A stretch of 41,402 nt of DNA from a virus (lineage: Duplodnaviria; Caudoviricetes), in the IMG/VR virus record IMGVR_UViG_3300025036_000003, positions 1 to 41,402 of that record. One strand, given 5' to 3'. The translations under genes and the position numbers were made by a program. Shown here piece after piece: positions 28,516 to 38,284 of the stretch. The notes under the pieces are model-generated. The model did not search any database and had not been told where the DNA came from. It saw only the letters and a list, made by a program, of their open reading frames with translations. Numbering within the stretch: the stretch's first letter is position 1; each line of letters opens with the position of its first letter.

Positions 28516-28703
28516 ATGTTGACAGTAAAAGATTTAGCAGAAAAATTAAATATAAAAGAAGCTACTATATATGCTATGGTAAGAAATAAATACCATATAT
28601 TAGATTGGGAGTTAATGGTAAGATAGTAAGATTTATTGAGGTAGATATAAATGAGTGGATAGATGGGAAAAAACAAGTAGTGAAAAAAGATTTGTTTGAA
28701 TAA
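28516..28703 (+). pseudogene. Excisionase-like HTH_17 protein, frameshifted
   Basis: MLTVKDLAEKLNIKEATIYAMVRNK, then in the -1 frame IPYIRLGVNGKIVRFIEVDINEWI; AAGGAG RBS. Confidence 0.8.
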
Positions 28704-28733
28704 AATAAATATTATAAAAAAGGAGGTGTATAA

Positions 28734-29168
28734 ATGTGGATTATTCTATGTTTGCATATACCAGTAGTATTATATAGATTATATTTTAATAAAGAGTTTT
28801 TCCCGAAAGATAAGAATGATAATTTGATATATTTTAATTATTGTTTTAGAAAAATTAATAGCATGGAGGAATTAAATACTATTGTATTTGAATATGAAAA
28901 TTGTTTGCAAGGTAAGTGTAGTGTAATGAAAATAGGAAAAAATCCTTATATATTAGACGATACAGCTATGGAGGAGATAATGAATATAGAAAAGATTATT
29001 AATGCTGATTTTAAAAAAGGGGAGCAAGTAAAAATAATAAATAATATATGGGTAGATTTAACAGGTATTATAAGTAAGGTTTTTAAGGATATATGCTTTG
29101 TTGAGGTTTTATTGTTTAATAGATTTATAATATTGAAAATAAATAAAAAATGTTTACAGAAAATATAG
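28734..29168 (+). CDS. NusG-family transcription factor (reduced NGN plus KOW)
   Basis: N-terminal W, FFPK...IYFNYCF, KOW FKKGEQVKIINNIWVDLTGII, VEVLLFNR. Confidence 0.75.
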   Translation: MWIILCLHIPVVLYRLYFNKEFFPKDKNDNLIYFNYCFRKINSMEELNTIVFEYENCLQGKCSVMKIGKNPYILDDTAMEEIMNIEKIINADFKKGEQVKIINNIWVDLTGIISKVFKDICFVEVLLFNRFIILKINKKCLQKI

Positions 29169-29211
29169 CATAAAATAAATATGCTTATTAGAAATAAAAA
29201 ATAAGGAGGAG

Positions 29212-29547
29212 TTGATAATGGCAGTTGGAATAAATGATTTTTTATGTTTAAAAAAATTACAAGAAACTTATACATTATATTGTCCTGAAGTATGTGTACG
29301 TTGTATTGATAATTGTAGTATGTGTATGCGAGTAAGAGATTTATTGAAAGAATTAAATATATCATATACAGAATTTGATACAATAGTAGGAGAAGGAGTA
29401 TTTTTGTATAAGAGAGCAATTCTTGAATTATCTGGAAATGTTAATAGTGTTATAGGGTTGGTTAGATGTTGTATAAATATGAATAGATTTCTATATCAAG
29501 GAAAAGATATAATAAACTATTTAAAAAATAAAAAATTAGGTAGGTAA
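29212..29547 (+). CDS. Glutaredoxin-like protein with extra cysteines
   Basis: TLYCPEVCVRCIDNCSMCMRVRDLLKELNISYTEFD. Confidence 0.45.
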   Translation: MIMAVGINDFLCLKKLQETYTLYCPEVCVRCIDNCSMCMRVRDLLKELNISYTEFDTIVGEGVFLYKRAILELSGNVNSVIGLVRCCINMNRFLYQGKDIINYLKNKKLGR

Positions 29548-29554
29548 TAATAAA

Positions 29555-29812
29555 ATGAATAGACAGAATTATATAGATGCAGTAGTAAAAGTTATTAGTA
29601 ATAGAGGAATAAGAAATAGTACTCTTGCAATATTTGAATTAACATCATTGAAAAATTTTGGTATAGATGTTAGTACGAATATGAAATTAGTAGAAGATTA
29701 TAGAAATATATTGAAAGCTCAATTTAAGGGTACAGTAGGTATACAAGAATATATGAAAGCAAGAGATAAAGCGTGGGAATTATTTTTGGATTCTTTAGCT
29801 GATATTAAATAA
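29555..29812 (+). CDS. Hypothetical protein
   Basis: 85-aa ORF within the operon. Confidence 0.6.
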   Translation: MNRQNYIDAVVKVISNRGIRNSTLAIFELTSLKNFGIDVSTNMKLVEDYRNILKAQFKGTVGIQEYMKARDKAWELFLDSLADIK

Positions 29813-29830
29813 TAAAGGATGTGAGTAATT

Positions 29831-30787
29831 ATGAAAAAATTAAAAATAGGAGACCAGTATGAAGGAGGCATTGTATTTTATATTAATCCAGATGGTAAAT
29901 CTGGATTAATAGTATCTTCACGAGATATGGGAAGGCATAGTTTGGATGAAGCTAAAGAGCTTTGTGCTGTTTGTAATGAGGGAGGTTATAATGATTGGTC
30001 TTTGCCTACGATAGAAGAATTGATTTTATTGTGGAAACAAAGATATTTTATAGATATTTTTATGTTTAGACATTATTTATCTGATACGATAGATACTAAT
30101 ATGCTTGTAGGTACTGTATTTGCTTATAATGGAAGTGTAGGTTGGTATGATAAAAAACAGTCGTTTTATATGAAAGTTATCAGAAGATTTGTAGTAGAAC
30201 AAGAAATAATATTATTAGGATTAGATTTATCAACTGTGGCAGTAGGTTGGAGTATATTAAGATATAATAAATATACTAAAGAAGAAATATATATATGTAA
30301 TGAAAAAATATTAGTTAAAAAACATACTATAAGAAAAAGAAATTTAGTGGATATATTAGAAATAGAAAAAATAGAAGAACAGATACAATTAGAAAATACT
30401 AATTGTAAGATAGAAACTTTAAAATTAATAAATAATTTGAAAAGGCAATATAATTTTGATTATATTATTATAGAAGATGTTTTTTATTTAGCTGATATAT
30501 CAGCAGTAAAAAAATTGTGTAGAATACATGGTATTGTAGAAGGTATATTTTTAGATTCTAAGACAAAGTTAAGTTATGTAATACCCGCACAAACGAAAGC
30601 TGTTATAGGAGTAAATATAAAGAGTAAAGAGTATAAGATGTTGAAAGCTAAAGATAAGAAATGTTTAGTTAGGGATAAGGTAAGAACATTGTTAAATGAT
30701 AATAATATTGGGGAACATGGAGCAGATGCTTATTGTGCATTAGCAACATTTTGGAATAAGATAAAGAATGATATAGATTATAAATAA
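29831..30787 (+). CDS. DUF1566 (C-type lectin-like) domain fused to RuvC-like Holliday junction resolvase
   Basis: N-terminus IGDQYEGGIVFY..GGYNDWSLPTIEEL..VIRRF; C-terminus LGLDLSTVAVGW, IIED, HGADAY. Confidence 0.8.
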   Translation: MKKLKIGDQYEGGIVFYINPDGKSGLIVSSRDMGRHSLDEAKELCAVCNEGGYNDWSLPTIEELILLWKQRYFIDIFMFRHYLSDTIDTNMLVGTVFAYNGSVGWYDKKQSFYMKVIRRFVVEQEIILLGLDLSTVAVGWSILRYNKYTKEEIYICNEKILVKKHTIRKRNLVDILEIEKIEEQIQLENTNCKIETLKLINNLKRQYNFDYIIIEDVFYLADISAVKKLCRIHGIVEGIFLDSKTKLSYVIPAQTKAVIGVNIKSKEYKMLKAKDKKCLVRDKVRTLLNDNNIGEHGADAYCALATFWNKIKNDIDYK

Positions 30788-30803
30788 TAACAAATTTTAG
30801 AGA

Positions 30804-31334
30804 TTGGGGACATTTTTAATAATAAAAGGATTACATATGAATATGTTTTTTGATAATTTAGATACTGCAAATGAATTAGTGGATAAAAAGCAATTTATTT
30901 TAATTGATAAATTTTTATTTGAGGAAGAGTATTTTATATATATGTTTATACTGTTTGGAGGAACAAGAATAGAGTTTAGTCAATTATTTGATATGACATA
31001 TGATAAAGCATATAGATTATTTAATAGGGTTATTGATTTATATTATATATATGAATATATGAGTAAAATGTTTAATGAAGGAATAAAAGAAAAATTAATA
31101 AAATTAGAAAGCATCGATTTTATTAATTGTTTATTATGTAGAATGTCTTTTAAGAATATTAATACAGAATTGAATATTAAGAATGCATATACTTTATATC
31201 AGAAATTTTATTATAAAGTATTACGGTTATCAGATATAGATGAGCAAATAAAGAATTTTTTTGCTTTATATAAAATGTTAAGGAAGAAAAGAGTAATAAA
31301 AAATGAATTTTTAGTTGTAGGGAGTATAAAATGA
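30804..31334 (+). CDS. Hypothetical protein
   Basis: ORF within the operon; start may be ATG 30837. Confidence 0.55.
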   Translation: MGTFLIIKGLHMNMFFDNLDTANELVDKKQFILIDKFLFEEEYFIYMFILFGGTRIEFSQLFDMTYDKAYRLFNRVIDLYYIYEYMSKMFNEGIKEKLIKLESIDFINCLLCRMSFKNINTELNIKNAYTLYQKFYYKVLRLSDIDEQIKNFFALYKMLRKKRVIKNEFLVVGSIK

Positions 31335-31633
31335 AAACAAAAATAGATGATAACCATTGGTTAGATTGTGAAACAAACACTATAGGAGAGTTAAGAAATT
31401 CTTTAGTGGAAAAAAAAGAGTCAAAAATAGTTAATATGAATATGCAAATAGATAATCAAAATACAGCTGCACAGAAAAGAAGATTAGAAGCAGTTGAGTA
31501 TTTTAAGCAAGGGTTTACTATTAAGCAAATAGCCGAATTAATGAGATTATCTATTAAAACTATATATGTTTATTTATATGCTATGAATATACATATAAGA
31601 AGTAATAAAATAAGAAAAAAAGAAAGAGAATAA
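31331..31633 (+). CDS. HTH DNA-binding protein
   Basis: AVEYFKQGFTIKQIAELMRLSIKTIYVYL. Confidence 0.75.
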   Translation: MKTKIDDNHWLDCETNTIGELRNSLVEKKESKIVNMNMQIDNQNTAAQKRRLEAVEYFKQGFTIKQIAELMRLSIKTIYVYLYAMNIHIRSNKIRKKERE

Positions 31634-31710
31634 AGGAATATTTAGTATTATATTTTAAGAAATGAGGAGAAGAAGATTTAGTGGGATATTCTACTCACAA
31701 AGACCAATTA

Positions 31711-31732
31711 TACTCTTATATATATAAGAGTA
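31711..31732. repeat. Perfect 22-bp palindrome centred on (TA)n
   Basis: tactcttatat|atataagagta upstream of the packaging genes. Confidence 0.85.
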
Positions 31733-31756
31733 AATAAGATAGGAAAAATTAGCATA

Positions 31757-32362
31757 ATGGATATTAATATTGAACATGAAGACATTATTTTGGAATTGAT
31801 AGTGCGTTTTGGTTTAGGAAATCAAATTATAGATGAATTGCAAATAAGATTTAATATTACAGATTATGTTATAAAGGATATAAACACATGGTATGATTAT
31901 AATATAAAGAATAGTAAGTTTAGAAAAAAGATAGAAAAAATTAAACAAGAACTTGAATATGTTAATAATACATTAGGTGGGGATAATAGAATAATTGGCA
32001 GGTTAATATGGGCTACAGGACAAGTAGATTATTATGAAGCAGTCATTTTAAAATTAGAACATAAAATAAAGGAAATAGAAGAATTAGCCATTAAGGAAAG
32101 AAGAAAATTAAATAATTCTGAACATGCTAATTTTTTAAAATATATTAGTGCAATAAAACAGTTTAAGGATAAAGTAGCAGACCTCACGTTATTAGCAGAT
32201 GTAGAGAAATTACAAGAGATTTTATTAGATGAAGTAAGTAAGATTATATTGGATGTATTTTTACCAGTAATTGATAAAGAAAAATGGTCTGATGTAGTTT
32301 CCTTATATAAGGAAGCTTTAAAGTCATTAGACATGAAAGAGATATTAGGGGTAAAGAAATAA
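31757..32362 (+). CDS. Putative terminase small subunit
   Basis: Helical 201-aa protein directly before the large terminase; positional inference. Confidence 0.5.
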   Translation: MDINIEHEDIILELIVRFGLGNQIIDELQIRFNITDYVIKDINTWYDYNIKNSKFRKKIEKIKQELEYVNNTLGGDNRIIGRLIWATGQVDYYEAVILKLEHKIKEIEELAIKERRKLNNSEHANFLKYISAIKQFKDKVADLTLLADVEKLQEILLDEVSKIILDVFLPVIDKEKWSDVVSLYKEALKSLDMKEILGVKK

Positions 32363-32401
32363 TAGGAAAAGATTAAAAAAATAAGTAGGGTAAAAAATAA
32401 A

Positions 32402-34366
32402 ATGGGTTTGAATTTTGATGTTTTGGCTAAGAAAATTGATGATTATGTAAAAGAAATAGAGAATCCAGAATCTTTAATTTATGATTATACACCAGTAAGC
32501 ATAAAAGAATTTGTTGAAGGTAAGCAGTATTTAAATATAAATAATTCCCCTTTTGCGAATGGTAAAATATACACGCCTTGGATGGATGAATTAATAACAC
32601 TATTTGGAGATAATTATACATTTGAATTACCCTATAGAGAAGTAGTATATATTGCCAGCAGTGGAGTAGGCAAAAGTTTTATCAGTGGAATAATTCTTAG
32701 CTATTTGTCATATAGAGATTTAATAATAAGAAATTTACGAAGATGTTTAGGATTAAGTAAAAATACATTATTAATGTTGATGGGGGTAAGCATTACAGCT
32801 ACTCATGCAAATAAAATAGTTTTTGGTGAGTTGCTGAATAGAATAACAACTTCACAGTGGTTTAACAGAAATTATAGAAAGAAGCCTGATATAGATTCAG
32901 AATTAAGGTTTCAGAAATATGATAATCAAAAGAATGGATGGAAAGACACAAGATATTTAGCGTTTTCTGGTGCTAATACAGAAACAGCACCAATTGGTTT
33001 TACGATGAGAGGATGTATACTTGATGAGGTTAATTTTTATCAATATACATTAGAATCAAAGCGTAAGGGGATGAAGGTGTATGATGCAGCAGAAAATGTA
33101 TACACTGCATTTAAGGAGAGAATAGAACAGAGAGGAAATGCTAATTTTAGAAATAGTTCTCTTATGGTATCAGTAACTACAGCAAGATTTTTTGATTCAT
33201 TTGCAGAGAAGAAAGAATTAGAAGCATTAACGAATAAGAAAATATATTTTAAGAGATTTTCGTTATTAGATATGAAACCTGTTTCTTATTTTATGTTGAT
33301 TGACACACCGAATTTTTATGTGCATATAGAAGAGCAGCAGATAATAGAAGAACAAGAATTTCTTTATTTTACACAGCAAACAGTAACAATCGAACAACTA
33401 TTAGAAAAGGCTAATAGAGCAGGATTTGTTGGCAAGAGTGTAGATGAAGCTGGAGAATATTTAGCTTCTTTTTGTTTGTCATTGAAGAAGGTTCCTGGAG
33501 AATTTAGAAAAAGATTTGAAAAAGATTTTTCTAAAGCTTGCAGAGAAATACTTTCTATATCAGTAAGAGCAATCAGCCCATTGTTCTTTGATATTAGAGA
33601 AATTGGTTTAGTTTGTAATAATGAACGCATAAGCCCATTAGATGAAAGAGGAGAATTTAGAGATTCTTTTTTTGGTAGAAGAGGAATTAATTATTTTGGG
33701 CATCTTGATTTATCAGAAAATACATGTGCTGCTGGTTTATGTATAGGTCATTATGATATAGAAAATAAAAGTATATATATAGATTTAATTCTACAGATAT
33801 TAGCGAGTGATTATGGAGTAGTTCATAATTTACAGGATGTGATGGTGCTCAGTAAAGGTGGGGAAGTAGATATAGAGGCTGTAGAAAGACTAATAGTAGA
33901 AATTAAACAAAGAGGATTTAACTTTGAACTGTTTACGACAGACCAGTTCCAATCGTTGGGAACAAGACAATTTTTAGATGACCATGATATACCAACAGAG
34001 AAAAAATCCGTTATAAGAGATGTGACTAATTTTTTAAATATCAAATATTTAATACAGCATAGAAAATTAGATTTTTATAATCATTCAATTTTTTTGGAAG
34101 AGTTGGTATCTGCGGAAAGGCAGAAAGATAATAAGATAAGTACTACAGTAGGACATATAGATGTTTTTGAAGCAGTAGCAGGATGTACAAGAAATATTTT
34201 AACTAGTATAGGTGGAATAGATAAGTTACCTATAGGAATAGGAAGTAGAAGTAATACAGTTATGCAAAGTGCTAAAGCAATTTCTTTACCAGTGAGTAGA
34301 GGAGTTAAGCGTTATACGGGAAGTTCAGTTTTTAGGCGAACAGCAAAAATAGGATATAATGGTTAA
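32402..34366 (+). CDS. terL: Terminase large subunit
   Basis: PVSIKEFV, Walker A ASSGVGKS, Walker B CILDEVN, nuclease HLDLS, TDQFQS, DVFEAVAG. Confidence 0.9.
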   Translation: MGLNFDVLAKKIDDYVKEIENPESLIYDYTPVSIKEFVEGKQYLNINNSPFANGKIYTPWMDELITLFGDNYTFELPYREVVYIASSGVGKSFISGIILSYLSYRDLIIRNLRRCLGLSKNTLLMLMGVSITATHANKIVFGELLNRITTSQWFNRNYRKKPDIDSELRFQKYDNQKNGWKDTRYLAFSGANTETAPIGFTMRGCILDEVNFYQYTLESKRKGMKVYDAAENVYTAFKERIEQRGNANFRNSSLMVSVTTARFFDSFAEKKELEALTNKKIYFKRFSLLDMKPVSYFMLIDTPNFYVHIEEQQIIEEQEFLYFTQQTVTIEQLLEKANRAGFVGKSVDEAGEYLASFCLSLKKVPGEFRKRFEKDFSKACREILSISVRAISPLFFDIREIGLVCNNERISPLDERGEFRDSFFGRRGINYFGHLDLSENTCAAGLCIGHYDIENKSIYIDLILQILASDYGVVHNLQDVMVLSKGGEVDIEAVERLIVEIKQRGFNFELFTTDQFQSLGTRQFLDDHDIPTEKKSVIRDVTNFLNIKYLIQHRKLDFYNHSIFLEELVSAERQKDNKISTTVGHIDVFEAVAGCTRNILTSIGGIDKLPIGIGSRSNTVMQSAKAISLPVSRGVKRYTGSSVFRRTAKIGYNG

Positions 34367-35044
34367 TTGAAGGAGGGATATTTAAAGATGTTACAAACGA
34401 TGGATATATTAGGCAGACTAAAATTTATGGGCGATGGGGAAGGGTACGATAATAGTACAGCAAGTAGTTGGGAGATAGGAGATGGTGATAATGGTGACAG
34501 AATATTAATAAAAAAAGAGCCTTCTACTATATTAAATAAAAAAGAAGTAGTGAGTGTAGATTTAACATCATTGCCGATGAATGTTTTGTTACAGAGGAAG
34601 TTTGACTTGCTTAGAAAAAAGATGGATAGTGGTTTAAGTAATGACGAACAAGCTATGTTGACGAGGGTAGAGAATACATTAATAGAAGTAGGTGTACCAT
34701 TAGATAATAGTAATACTGTGGGAGGGGGGTATAGTGAAAAGCAGGCATTAAGGCATGCATTAGGTGATTATAATGTAGTAGATAATAATGATAAAGATAT
34801 ATATGTTGATTGTATAAATGATTTAATTGATAATATAAAAGAGTTTTCTATTGGTTGTGAATTATACGAATCTATAGATGTTATTATAAGAAAGATAGAT
34901 AAGAGCTTATCTATTACTGAAAGTATAGAAAACAAAAAAATTAAAGAGACATTGGTAAAAGCAGTAGAAGAATTGTTTAAAGCAGCAGATGCTTATAATA
35001 GAGTATTGAATAGAGTATTGAATGATATTAGTAATTGTATATAG
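34367..35044 (+). CDS. Hypothetical protein (head module)
   Basis: Likely start ATG 34388 after GGAGG. Confidence 0.65.
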   Translation: MKEGYLKMLQTMDILGRLKFMGDGEGYDNSTASSWEIGDGDNGDRILIKKEPSTILNKKEVVSVDLTSLPMNVLLQRKFDLLRKKMDSGLSNDEQAMLTRVENTLIEVGVPLDNSNTVGGGYSEKQALRHALGDYNVVDNNDKDIYVDCINDLIDNIKEFSIGCELYESIDVIIRKIDKSLSITESIENKKIKETLVKAVEELFKAADAYNRVLNRVLNDISNCI

Positions 35045-35090
35045 ATATTAAGTATATAGTAGATTAAAATTAAAAAAGGAGATTGAAAAA

Positions 35091-35552
35091 ATGAGTAAAA
35101 AGGGATTGCGAAATGTGGGTAGCTTACCCTATGGGGAGCATCCTAACGATGTATTAGATATAGAGACTTTTTATAGTATTCAAAATAATAAAATAAATTG
35201 GGATACATTTACTTTCAGTGCTTTTATTAATGAATTATATGATGATTTTGAAAATGCTGTTCAGTTAGGGCATGTACTTACAAAAGTTATAAAATATTCT
35301 GATAGAGATGATGAATATTGTGAATTAACTTTTTACACATTTGAAGATTGGTTAGTAGCAGTATTAGAACAGTTAGAAAATAATAAAAAGAGTGTTTTAG
35401 ACGCTTTGCTAAAATTAGATATTACAAAGAATGATTTTAATGCACTTGAAGAGGTTATGAGAAAATCAGTAGAGTTTATTAATCAATATATGAGTTTAGA
35501 TGAAGATAGTAGAAATAAAGTAATAATGACAATTGATAGACAGGATAATTAA
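35091..35552 (+). CDS. Hypothetical protein
   Basis: 153 aa, AAGGAG RBS. Confidence 0.7.
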   Translation: MSKKGLRNVGSLPYGEHPNDVLDIETFYSIQNNKINWDTFTFSAFINELYDDFENAVQLGHVLTKVIKYSDRDDEYCELTFYTFEDWLVAVLEQLENNKKSVLDALLKLDITKNDFNALEEVMRKSVEFINQYMSLDEDSRNKVIMTIDRQDN

Positions 35553-35684
35553 TTACTATGTTATATCACTTAATTAGCAATATTAGGTTAAAAATCAATT
35601 ATTATTGATGTTATGATTAATAATACTTAAATATATTAAATAGTCAGTATCGTTGATTTTTAAGAAAATAGGGGGAATAATAAG

Positions 35685-36140
35685 ATGCCTTATGATGAGT
35701 TAGAAAAAATGAGTGGAACAAGATATGAAGGATTTAGAAAATTATCTGCTACTAATAAATTATCAAATGAGCGAGGAGAAGCAGAATATTTAAGTGATGA
35801 TATAGTAGAAAAATTATTAGGTGGTACAGATAGTGAATATGAAGAAGAGGTTGATTTAGCAATTGTGCCTAAACAGAAAGAATATTTGTCTATAAATAAT
35901 GGGTTACCTTTATTAGATACTAATGAATATGAAGGTACAGGTAAAGTGTTTGGAGAAGATAGAGAGTATAAAGATACAGTAATGGATATGCTTGATAGTT
36001 CACAGAGAATGAAAAATATTAAATCACAAAAAGTATTATCTGTTGCTGATTTAACAAAAAAGTTGAATGAGGCTATTAAAAATAATAATTATAGTTTAGC
36101 TGTGATGCTGGATAATAAAATTAAATCTATGATGAGATAA
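35685..36140 (+). CDS. Hypothetical acidic protein with UVR-like C-terminal helical hairpin
   Basis: LTKKLNEAIKNNNYSLAVMLDNKIKSM resembles the UvrB/C (UVR) motif. Confidence 0.6.
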   Translation: MPYDELEKMSGTRYEGFRKLSATNKLSNERGEAEYLSDDIVEKLLGGTDSEYEEEVDLAIVPKQKEYLSINNGLPLLDTNEYEGTGKVFGEDREYKDTVMDMLDSSQRMKNIKSQKVLSVADLTKKLNEAIKNNNYSLAVMLDNKIKSMMR

Positions 36141-36187
36141 TTTAATTTTATTATATTTTAATATTTTGTATATTAAGTGAGGATGGT

Positions 36188-38014
36188 TTGCAAATGGCAG
36201 ATATAAAAAATAGAATTAATAAGACATTTGTGAAATCGGGTAAAATGGGACAGGCTGTATTTGGCAGGAGAAATATAGCTAGTATAGGAATAGATTCTTT
36301 ACAACCAGAATTAAGAAACCCGTTATTAAATATAGAGAATTACTTTTTCCCTTTTAGTAGAAAGGAATTAAATAGTTGGCTTAACTACTATTCTATAGTA
36401 CATCCAGTAGTGAGTAATGCTCTTGATTTGCATTCTACTTTGCCATGGAGTTCATTTAAATTTGAAGGTATTGATGATGAAGATGTTTTGAGCTATTATC
36501 AAGATGTAGCAGATGATTTAAAGTTATTTGAGATGTTTATGGACATAACTAAGCATTATTTTCAATATGGGGAGGCTTTACCATATGCCCATTGGGATAA
36601 TAGAATAGATTGCTTTGATTATATTCAGCTATTAATGCCTGATGATGTAATTATAGACAGTGTTAATCCATTGGATGTTAGATTTCGAGTAGATGTAAAG
36701 AATATGACAGAGATGATATGGAATTTAGATGCTATAGTAGATAAGGATAATAGAAATAGAAATAGTTTTGTGGACAATTTGGATAATAATAGTGCATCTA
36801 TAAGTCAGTTTTATATTAGCCATATTAGTAGGGGTAGAGGTATTGACGGTAGAGGAATTAGTTTAATATATCCTTGTATAAAAGATTTAATGTATGAAGA
36901 CCAATTAAGAAAAGCACAATTTGTTACAGCGAGTAGGAGAATTAGCCCTTGGGAACATTGGTCAATAGGGGAATCAGGTGAAAATGGTTGGATGCCTGAT
37001 AAAGATTATTTAGATGAATTTATGCGTAATTTAGGTACATTAGGAAATGAAGTTTCTCCGATGCTTTTGACTGGTCCTAATCATGTGTATGAGGCAATAG
37101 GAATAGCAGATAGATTTATTAATTTGAAAGAAGAATTTGAGTTCATTATGAGAAGATTAATGATTGGACTATTTACAAATGAGACAGCTATTTTAGGAAC
37201 TGGGAGTAGTTTTGCAACAGCGTCAGTATCAATGCGATATGTACAAGCAAGATATGATTATGTTAGAAGTTTGATATTGGAGTGGTGTCAAAAGAAAATA
37301 TTAATACCAATAGCATTGGCGAATAGATTTTTTAAGCCAGAAGTTAAAGAAATTAGTGGACAATATCGTTCTGGTTCAGTATTAAGAAAAAAGCAATGGA
37401 ATGTATATATAAAACCTTTGTTAGATTCACAAAATGAATTGATTGCTGAAAAAGATTATATAGAACAACAGAATATAACAGCAGGAAGAATAGGTTGTGT
37501 TGATAAATGTAAAGAAAGAATTAATGATATTAATTATACATTAGGTAATATTACACAGAAGTTATCTTTTCATATGAGAAAGTATAGAAATGACTTATTA
37601 TTACCATCTTTTAGATGGTTAGGTAAAGTTTCTTTATTAAATGAAGACGGGCAAATAGAGTTTTTGACATCGTTATATAGGGACGGTAAGTGTTCTGTAA
37701 AAGTATTGAGTGATGTGTTTGGAGTAAATTATGATTATTTAAAAAAGAATTTATGTGATGAATTAGGGGTTACAGAAAAAGAGTTAACAGCAGCAGGGGA
37801 CACAGTATTCAGTAATGAGTTTATTCAGACCCAGAAGAATAAAATTGCTGAAAAAGAACAGAATAAAATTGCTGAAAAAGAACAGAATAAAATTGCTGAA
37901 AAAGAACAGAATAAAATTGCTGAAAAAGAACAGAATATTATGGATATAACTACACCAGAAGATATAGTTGATACTTTAATGGAGAGACAAGAGGTGGTAC
38001 CTGAAGTTTTATGA
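36188..38014 (+). CDS. Portal protein
   Basis: HPVVSNALDLHS.LP, YFQYGEA, GRGISLIYPC.KDL; position between terminase and protease. Confidence 0.8.
   Translation: MQMADIKNRINKTFVKSGKMGQAVFGRRNIASIGIDSLQPELRNPLLNIENYFFPFSRKELNSWLNYYSIVHPVVSNALDLHSTLPWSSFKFEGIDDEDVLSYYQDVADDLKLFEMFMDITKHYFQYGEALPYAHWDNRIDCFDYIQLLMPDDVIIDSVNPLDVRFRVDVKNMTEMIWNLDAIVDKDNRNRNSFVDNLDNNSASISQFYISHISRGRGIDGRGISLIYPCIKDLMYEDQLRKAQFVTASRRISPWEHWSIGESGENGWMPDKDYLDEFMRNLGTLGNEVSPMLLTGPNHVYEAIGIADRFINLKEEFEFIMRRLMIGLFTNETAILGTGSSFATASVSMRYVQARYDYVRSLILEWCQKKILIPIALANRFFKPEVKEISGQYRSGSVLRKKQWNVYIKPLLDSQNELIAEKDYIEQQNITAGRIGCVDKCKERINDINYTLGNITQKLSFHMRKYRNDLLLPSFRWLGKVSLLNEDGQIEFLTSLYRDGKCSVKVLSDVFGVNYDYLKKNLCDELGVTEKELTAAGDTVFSNEFIQTQKNKIAEKEQNKIAEKEQNKIAEKEQNKIAEKEQNIMDITTPEDIVDTLMERQEVVPEVL
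37838..37933 (+). repeat. Perfect 24-bp tandem repeat x4 (NKIAEKEQ)
   Basis: aataaaattgctgaaaaagaacag x4 in the portal C-terminal tail. Confidence 0.97.
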
Positions 38015-38047
38015 TGTATGCATATCTGTTAATGAGGAGGTATTAAA

Positions 38048-38266
38048 ATGGATATATCTTTTTTAAATTATTTTTTAGTGGGGAGTATTTGTGATTTATG
38101 TAAGGAATGGGCATTGGCACAAAAATTTAATCACAAAATTAAGCATAATATTGGACATTTCATAGATTTAGAAGAATTATTAGATTATTTAGGTGTTATA
38201 TGTAAAAGACCTAAGAAAGAATTATTTAGATTTTTTGTTAATAAAGAAAAAATTTATGGTTTTTAG
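38048..38266 (+). CDS. Hypothetical protein with CxxC...H...C motif
   Basis: ICDLC..H..H..C; GGAGGT RBS. Confidence 0.65.
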   Translation: MDISFLNYFLVGSICDLCKEWALAQKFNHKIKHNIGHFIDLEELLDYLGVICKRPKKELFRFFVNKEKIYGF

Positions 38267-38284
38267 TAGAGGAGAAATATAAAA

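Noticed and set aside
29831-30190. Diversity-generating retroelement
   Set aside because: No reverse transcriptase or template repeat was seen in this window; only the target-like domain is present.
30200-30787. TnpB/Cas12-like RNA-guided nuclease
   Set aside because: Compact contiguous RuvC with no zinc finger or split architecture; fits a Holliday junction resolvase.
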